Below are positions 20,540 through 25,986 of a DNA stretch of 25,986 bases, piece by piece. The DNA is from Octopus sinensis (lineage: Eukaryota). Under the pieces are notes generated by a model that searched no databases, was not told where the DNA came from, and saw nothing but the letters and a program-made list of their open reading frames with translations. The position numbers were made by a program, and so were the translations under genes. Location of the stretch: NCBI RefSeq assembly GCF_006345805.1, contig NW_021836406.1, positions 1-25,986 on the forward strand, written 5' to 3'. The first letter of the stretch is position 1. Each line of letters opens with the position of its first letter.

Positions 20540-20720
20540 AATCGACGTTGTCTGAACAGGTGCACGGTGTACCACACGTCAGGTGTGGAAATGATCGCAG
20601 AGCAACACGAGATGAAGTGATTTGCTCAAAAACAAAACGGCATCACTCGATCCAAGAATTGAGCCCACAATTTCGCGATCGTGAGTGCAACAACACCCTA
20701 ACCACCAGACGATGCATCCT
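20540..20720 (-). mobile_element. SINE family C-related copy
   Basis: Minus strand GTCTGGTGGTTAGGGTG...CACGATCGCGAAATTGTGGGCTCAATTCTTGGATCG...TTGAGCAAATCACTTCATCTC. Confidence 0.75.
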
Positions 20721-20811
20721 TGACTAACAAAACTACTAAGAAGCCCTTACAGGGGGTCCGAAGACTTAATATGTGAGGGAGCCTTTACCCACCAGTCAGA
20801 TGACATTAAGA

Positions 20812-20965
20812 CGGCAAATTGGCGTAATCAGTAGAGCATCAGATGAAATGTTTTTCGACATCTGTTCCGTTCTTCTGCAAACTTTGTTCGAATCCCGCCG
20901 ATGTGAACTTTACTTTTTATTGCTTCTGGGTTGATAAATAAAGTAGCAGTCAAAAATGGGGGTCG
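20812..20965 (+). mobile_element. Old SINE family B-like fragment
   Basis: GTTCGAATCCCGCCGATGTGAACTTTACTTTTTATT...GGGTTGATAAATAAAGTA.CAGT. Confidence 0.5.
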
Positions 20966-21031
20966 CCTTCTCAGAGACACTGTGATGTCGTTAGCCACTT
21001 TGATATTGTGATACTATTAATCATTGAATAT

Positions 21032-21235
21032 GGCGGCGAGCTGGCAGAATCGTTAGCACGCAGGGCAAAGTACTTAGCGGCATTTTGTCCATCTGTAACA
21101 TTCTCAGTTCATATTCCGCTGAGGTCGACTTTTGTGGTCGATAAAATAAGCGCTGGTCAAGCACTGGAGTCGATGTAATCAACTTACTCCTCCCCTGATA
21201 AGTGCTGGCCTTGTGTTGAAATTTGAAACTGATAT
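21032..21235 (+). mobile_element. SINE family B (tail type 2)
   Basis: GGCGGCGAGCTGGCAGAATCGTTAGCAC...GAGGTCGACTTT...GTCGATGTAATC...GCTGGCCTTGTG..GAAATTTGAAAC. Confidence 0.88.
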
Positions 21236-21323
21236 CATAAACCACTGTGATACTGTGACGTCATTAGGCACTGGGATGTTTTATCATTAGCTATTATAAT
21301 GTTGCTTGTTAAAATTATCTCTA

Positions 21324-21696
21324 CAGGCGTGGCTGTGAGGTAAGAAGCTTGCTTCCCAACCACATGGTTCCGGATTCAATTCACCTTGGGCAAGTGTCTT
21401 TTACTATAGCCTCGGGCCGACCAAAGCCTTGCGAGTGGATTTGGTAGACGGAAACTGAAAGAAGCCTGTCGTATATGTATGTATATATGTATGTGTGTAT
21501 GTATGTGTGTTTGTGTCTGTGTTTGTCCCTCCACTATCGCTTGACAACCGATCTTGATGTGTTTACGTCTCCGTAACTTACCGGTTCGGCAAAAGAGGCC
21601 GATAGAGTAAGTCCAGGGTTGATTTCTTCGACTAAAACGCGGTGCTCCAGCATGGCCACAGTCAAAATGGCCGAAACAAGAATAAAAAATAAGATA
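21324..21696 (+). mobile_element. SINE family A, full length
   Basis: Head, ACCTTGGGCAAGTG, internal (TATG) tract, 3' GGTGCTCCAGCATGGCCACAGTC. Confidence 0.9.
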
Positions 21697-21945
21697 TTCT
21701 ATAGAAATTATGGCTAGCACTGACGTTTGCAACGACGTTTCGTATACGAGACGTCAGATGTAAATAAACAACAAGATGGAAGATGAGAAAAGAGTAATGA
21801 TTGTATATGCCATATTTCTGGGGATGGGGTGCCCCTTCTTCATCACCCATCCAACCCTTTGATCATCCTCGAACTCATTGCTCCAATAGCCATTGTATAC
21901 AGCTGTGTTTGGTTATTGGATACACCAATTTGCATATTAAACGCA

Positions 21946-22132
21946 TTCCTGGAAGTTGGTACAAGTCCAGCAGTTTCAGGAGAGTGGCTAAGTCGATTAC
22001 ATCGACCTCAGTACACAACTGGTACTTATTCTATCGAGTCCGAAAGAAGGAAAGGCAAAATTCACTCGGCGGGATTTGAACTCGGAATGTAGAGACGGAC
22101 GAAATGCCGCTAATTATTTTGTCCGGCATGCT
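21946..22132 (-). mobile_element. SINE family B (tail type 2)
   Basis: AAGTCGATTACATCGACCTCAG...AACTGGTACTTATT...GGATTTGAACTC...GACGAAATGCCGCTAA. Confidence 0.85.
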
Positions 22133-22171
22133 GTCTTATAGCTATTGTAATATTGTGATATTAGCAGAGCG

Positions 22172-22217
22172 GTTAGCTGGCAGAATCGTTAGCACGCCGG
22201 GCGAAATGATTAGCAGT
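22172..22217 (+). mobile_element. SINE family B head fragment
   Basis: AGCTGGCAGAATCGTTAGCACGCCGGGCGAAATG. Confidence 0.8.
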
Positions 22218-22619
22218 CGGAAGATTCTTACATGGTCCGGTATATACAATGTCACGTGATGTAGTCTTAGATACACAATGCCTGATAATAAAGATGGGTT
22301 GGTCATGACTGGAACGTCATTGATTATAGGACTGCTGTTTCAGAGTTGACCTGGCGCTGAAGTACATAAAAAACAATATCTTCTACTTACTTACTGAGAC
22401 TGTTAGAAATAGCAGTCTAATCTGCCTTAAATTCTTGAAGTTTTCGGAAAGGAAAGGAATGACGCATTTGACCGTATGGTCCCTCGCATATGGTCTGGAT
22501 TGTCTTTCATCATAGGTCAGCTTGATCGGGAGCTGACTTTGGGTTAAACAAAACAACAAAATCAACATCGACAACATCAAGAACAATCTTCAAAGTCGAG
22601 AAAAATTCACCACAACCTC

Positions 22620-22860
22620 CAACCAACACCACCACCACCACCACCACACCACTACTTTCGCTGCCGCCACCGCCGATACAATCACCACCACCACCACCAC
22701 TACTACGATCTACTACTACCACCAACACCATCACCACTACCTCCACCACCACCATCACCACCACCTCCACTACCATCAATACCACCTCCACCACCTCCAC
22801 CACCGCCACCACCTCCGCAACATCCACCACTACCATTACCGCCGCCACCACCACCACCAT
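22620..22860. repeat. Imperfect (CCA)n repeat
   Basis: Directly visible. Confidence 0.85.
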
Positions 22861-23358
22861 GTACCATTGCTACGTTGCCAAAAGTTTTCCTCCTATTCTT
22901 GAAGAATATGGGTAAATGTTCAAACAGCTTTGTTATTTTGGAGTTAATTGTTCTAGAAAAGACAAACACAACATAAGCTAAAACAATAGAAGGAACGTGT
23001 TTCTCGGGTAGGGAGGGTGTCTGAGCGGGGTGGCTCAGGGTAGGTGTTTCGGAGGAGGGGTTGCTGAGGGAACTTGTCGGGTGGTGTTTAAATGGATAGT
23101 ATTTCAATTCGTTTGTTTCATGCCATGTGCCACGCAAAGGTTTCCTTTCTACCCGTGTACCCGTGTATCATCCATCAACCCACCCACGCCCACCACCATA
23201 CACCATTGTACACCTCACCTTTTTTTCTTTACATTTATATCTCCTTCCGCACTCTTTCTCTTTCCTCTCTCTCTCTCTCTCTCACTCGCTCTTTCAGTAT
23301 ATGTCTCTATCTAACTCTCCCTCTCTTCTTCCTGTATAATTATCTATTGATATGTCGG

Positions 23359-23392
<34 letters not shown>

Positions 23393-23459
23393 TTGCATAT
23401 GTATGTGCATATACATATATATTGTGTATAGGTAGATAGAATATATGATAGTGTATAGA

Positions 23460-23522
23460 TAGAGAAAAAATAGATAGACTATAGATAGATAGAATAAAGA
23501 TAGATAGATAGATAGATTAGAT

Positions 23523-23570
<48 letters not shown>

Positions 23571-23571
23571 T

Positions 23572-23619
<48 letters not shown>

Positions 23620-23668
23620 GATAGATAGATAGATAGATAGAGAGATAGATAGATAGATAGATTAGATA
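23460..23668. repeat. (GATA)n microsatellite
   Basis: Long near-perfect run. Confidence 0.95.
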
Positions 23669-24007
23669 AGTATTCATTTGTGTGCACATGTTAGAACAGA
23701 ATTACTTAGGGAAACAAAAATATTTTCACTAATGCCTTATTTCAATTTCCTTTCTACCCGGGTATCCGTGTAACATTCATCAAATCACACATACTAAACC
23801 TTTTTTTTTACATTTTGTTTTTCTCAGATGTTCAGTCTGTCTATCTGTCAAACTCTCTCTCTCTCACCTTCTTTCTCTCTCCGTATCATTCTCTCTCTCT
23901 CTCCCTCTCTTCATCTTTCTCATTTCTACTTATTTTCGTTTCCTCTTTCTCCTTTTTTCTACATTTATTTTTTTATATGTATAGTTATTGTATTTATATG
24001 TAATTAC

Positions 24008-24025
24008 ATGTATGTATATGTATGT

Positions 24026-24057
<32 letters not shown>

Positions 24058-24115
24058 TGTATGTATGTATGCATGTATGTATGTATGTATGTATGTATGT
24101 ATGTATGTATGTATG
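24008..24115. repeat. (TATG)n microsatellite
   Basis: Near-perfect run. Confidence 0.95.
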
Positions 24116-24124
24116 TCTCTTCTA

Positions 24125-24774
24125 TTTTTTAATTATTATAAAACTTCCACTGAGGAGGGAGCCAGTTTCCAACAAAGACACAAGGCTCCATCTTTGGGAT
24201 GTACTTAACACAGACAAATTCACATTTGGAACTTGAGAAAAGTCTTGCATATTTTTATTGTTCCACTCACAGATTGCACTTGTAATGTACGAATTAGCCG
24301 GTCGATTTCTCTATCTGAAAAAATCAGTTTATCCAGATTCTTCTTTAAGCATTTACTAGCAAAACCTCATGCTCCAATTATTATTGGTATGAATATGAAT
24401 TCATAGTCTGGATATAGAAGCCAAAGGTTTCGAAGCAGTTCTCCATAGATATCCTCTTTTCCTTTGATTTTCAAAGAGATATTTATATCTGCAAGACAGC
24501 TGACCTCTATGATGCCACATACCTTTGCCTCTCTGTCCCAAACAATAATATCCGGCCTGTTATGTTTAGATTTGACAGACGTTTTGATGGGAATATTCCA
24601 CCAGTATTCCTTGAGTTGGTGTTTATGAATGAATTCCATAACAGAGGGAATTTCTAAGTTTATTTCAGAGCAGTCTTTTTTGTGGATGGCATTGTAAATT
24701 GTTTTATCTACAACATCATACCGCATAGGACATTTTAGGACAGCTGCTAATCACATACGTGATGTCTTCCACAC
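24125..24774 (-). mobile_element. Non-LTR retrotransposon 3' fragment with restriction-like endonuclease (R4/Dong-like)
   Basis: VEDITYVISSCPKM (end of CCHC knuckle), MRYDVVDK (RHD motif), YWWNIPI, HNRPDIIVWD, IIEVSC, KGKEDIY, IPIIIGA*G, ...SGTIKICKTFLKFQM* (stop 24220-22); one frameshift and one in-frame stop; short 3' UTR. Confidence 0.85.
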
Positions 24775-24775
24775 G

Positions 24776-24842
24776 TACATACATACATACATACATACAT
24801 ACATACATACATACATACATACATACATACATACATACATAC
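24776..24842. repeat. (TACA)n microsatellite
   Basis: Perfect run. Confidence 0.95.
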
Positions 24843-25005
24843 AGGTATGGCCGTGTGGTAAGAAGCTTGCTTCCCATCCACATGGTTCCGGGCTCAATCC
24901 CACTGCGTGGCACCTTGGCCAAGGGTCTTCTTCTATAGCCCCGAGCCGACCAAAACCTTGTGAGTGGAATTGGTAGACAGAAACTGAAAGAAACCCATCG
25001 TATAT
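24842..25005 (+). mobile_element. SINE family A 5' half
   Basis: GGCCGTGTGGTAAGAAGCTTGCTTCCC...CACTGCGTGGCACCTTGG...GAAACTGAAAGAAACCCATCGTATA. Confidence 0.9.
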
Positions 25006-25242
25006 TATATATATATATATATTAATGTCTATTTACCAACGTAAAGTGAGAGTCCTGCTTAGAACGATGTTAGTACTGTTTAGCCCTAGGAAAAATCTTT
25101 TTCCAGCTGGTTACCGACAGATCATGTGTGTCTGTATAGTGTGAGAAAGGTAGCTAACGTTCCCCCTCCTGCCTTAACGATACCTGCAGACCAATGGCTT
25201 CTGGGTTATTTCCTATCTTCGGTGCAGGACAGTTGCTGGCAA

Positions 25243-25507
25243 TGTGTGTGTGTGTGTGTGTGTGGTGTGTGTGTGTGTGTGTGTGCGTGCGTGTCAGTAT
25301 CTTTATCAACCGGTGTCAGTATTTTACGACACCCGTAACTTAGCAGTTCAGCAAAAGAGCCCGATAGAAATAGTATCAGGTTTTAAAAAAAAAGTGCCAG
25401 ACTTTAAAAGAAATCTTGGGGTCAATTTATTTGACTAAAAACCCTTCAAGGTGGTGCCCCAGCATGACCGCAGCCAGATGACTGAAACAAATAAAAGATA
25501 AAAGATA
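25243..25507 (+). mobile_element. SINE family A 3' half
   Basis: (TG)n then CCGTAACTTAGCAGTTCAGCAAAAGAG.CCGATAG...GGTGCCCCAGCATGACCGCAG..ATGACTGAAAC. Confidence 0.85.
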
Positions 25508-25514
25508 CACACAG

Positions 25515-25592
25515 ATACATACATACATACATACATACATACATACATACATACATACATACATCATACATACATACATACATACATACATG
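25515..25592. repeat. (TACA)n microsatellite
   Basis: Near-perfect run. Confidence 0.95.
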
Positions 25593-25986
25593 CGTATATC
25601 TTTTTCACCATCTAATTAACAACAGAAAAGAAAAAAAATTGACAGCGGTTTAGATTGGAAGCTGTAGGTAAGGTGGGATGAGGATAGCCGTCATTGTAAA
25701 TTTACAGATGGATGACAGAAAACTTTGAAAGGTTTGCAGTCACGTGTTACAGAAGCTGGCGGGAAAAACATATTTTTCTCTTTTTGTTTCCTTCACTGCC
25801 GAACAGCATCTTACGTATGCTTTCATCTTGAGACAACAGACAACAAAGTTAACGAAGAGTAAACATTCACACATACTTTCTCATACACGTACACACATAT
25901 ATAGATATCGTCATACATATACAAATACATGTATGTGTGTGTATTATATATGTGTGTGTGTGTATTTACATATATAAGTCAATATA

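Noticed and set aside
22510-23137. Gly-, Val-, Thr- or Pro-rich ORFs across the (CCA)n tract
   Set aside because: All frames are open because CCA repeats lack stops; no compatible acceptor for the most protein-like + frame, so not supportable as coding.

Overview
Eukaryotic, AT-rich, repeat-saturated intronic or intergenic DNA. The SINE families and extreme (TA)n/(TACA)n/(GATA)n/(CCA)n density suggest a coleoid cephalopod, probably Octopus (pattern recognition, not a database result). No host gene can be called confidently; most ORFs in the track are microsatellite read-through. Recognisable elements: a decayed Tc1 (DD34E spacing) transposon with both TIRs (~9.2-10.4 kb); two decayed DD37D (maT-type) mariner copies (4.1-6.3 kb with both TIRs and nested insertions; 18.0-19.2 kb); a hAT remnant nested in the first; two mariner-type MITEs; an RTE LINE 3' fragment; an R4/Dong-like restriction-like-endonuclease LINE 3' fragment; a possible Helitron-type non-autonomous element; and about 20 tRNA-derived SINE copies or fragments of three families (my labels A, B, C). 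The most notable finding is a type I hammerhead ribozyme motif at 11512-11658 (+). Its catalytic core is intact and it has a palindromic minimal stem III, the architecture of Penelope-like element/retrozyme ribozymes. Several unique islands with splice-site-like boundaries are reported as low-confidence exon candidates.
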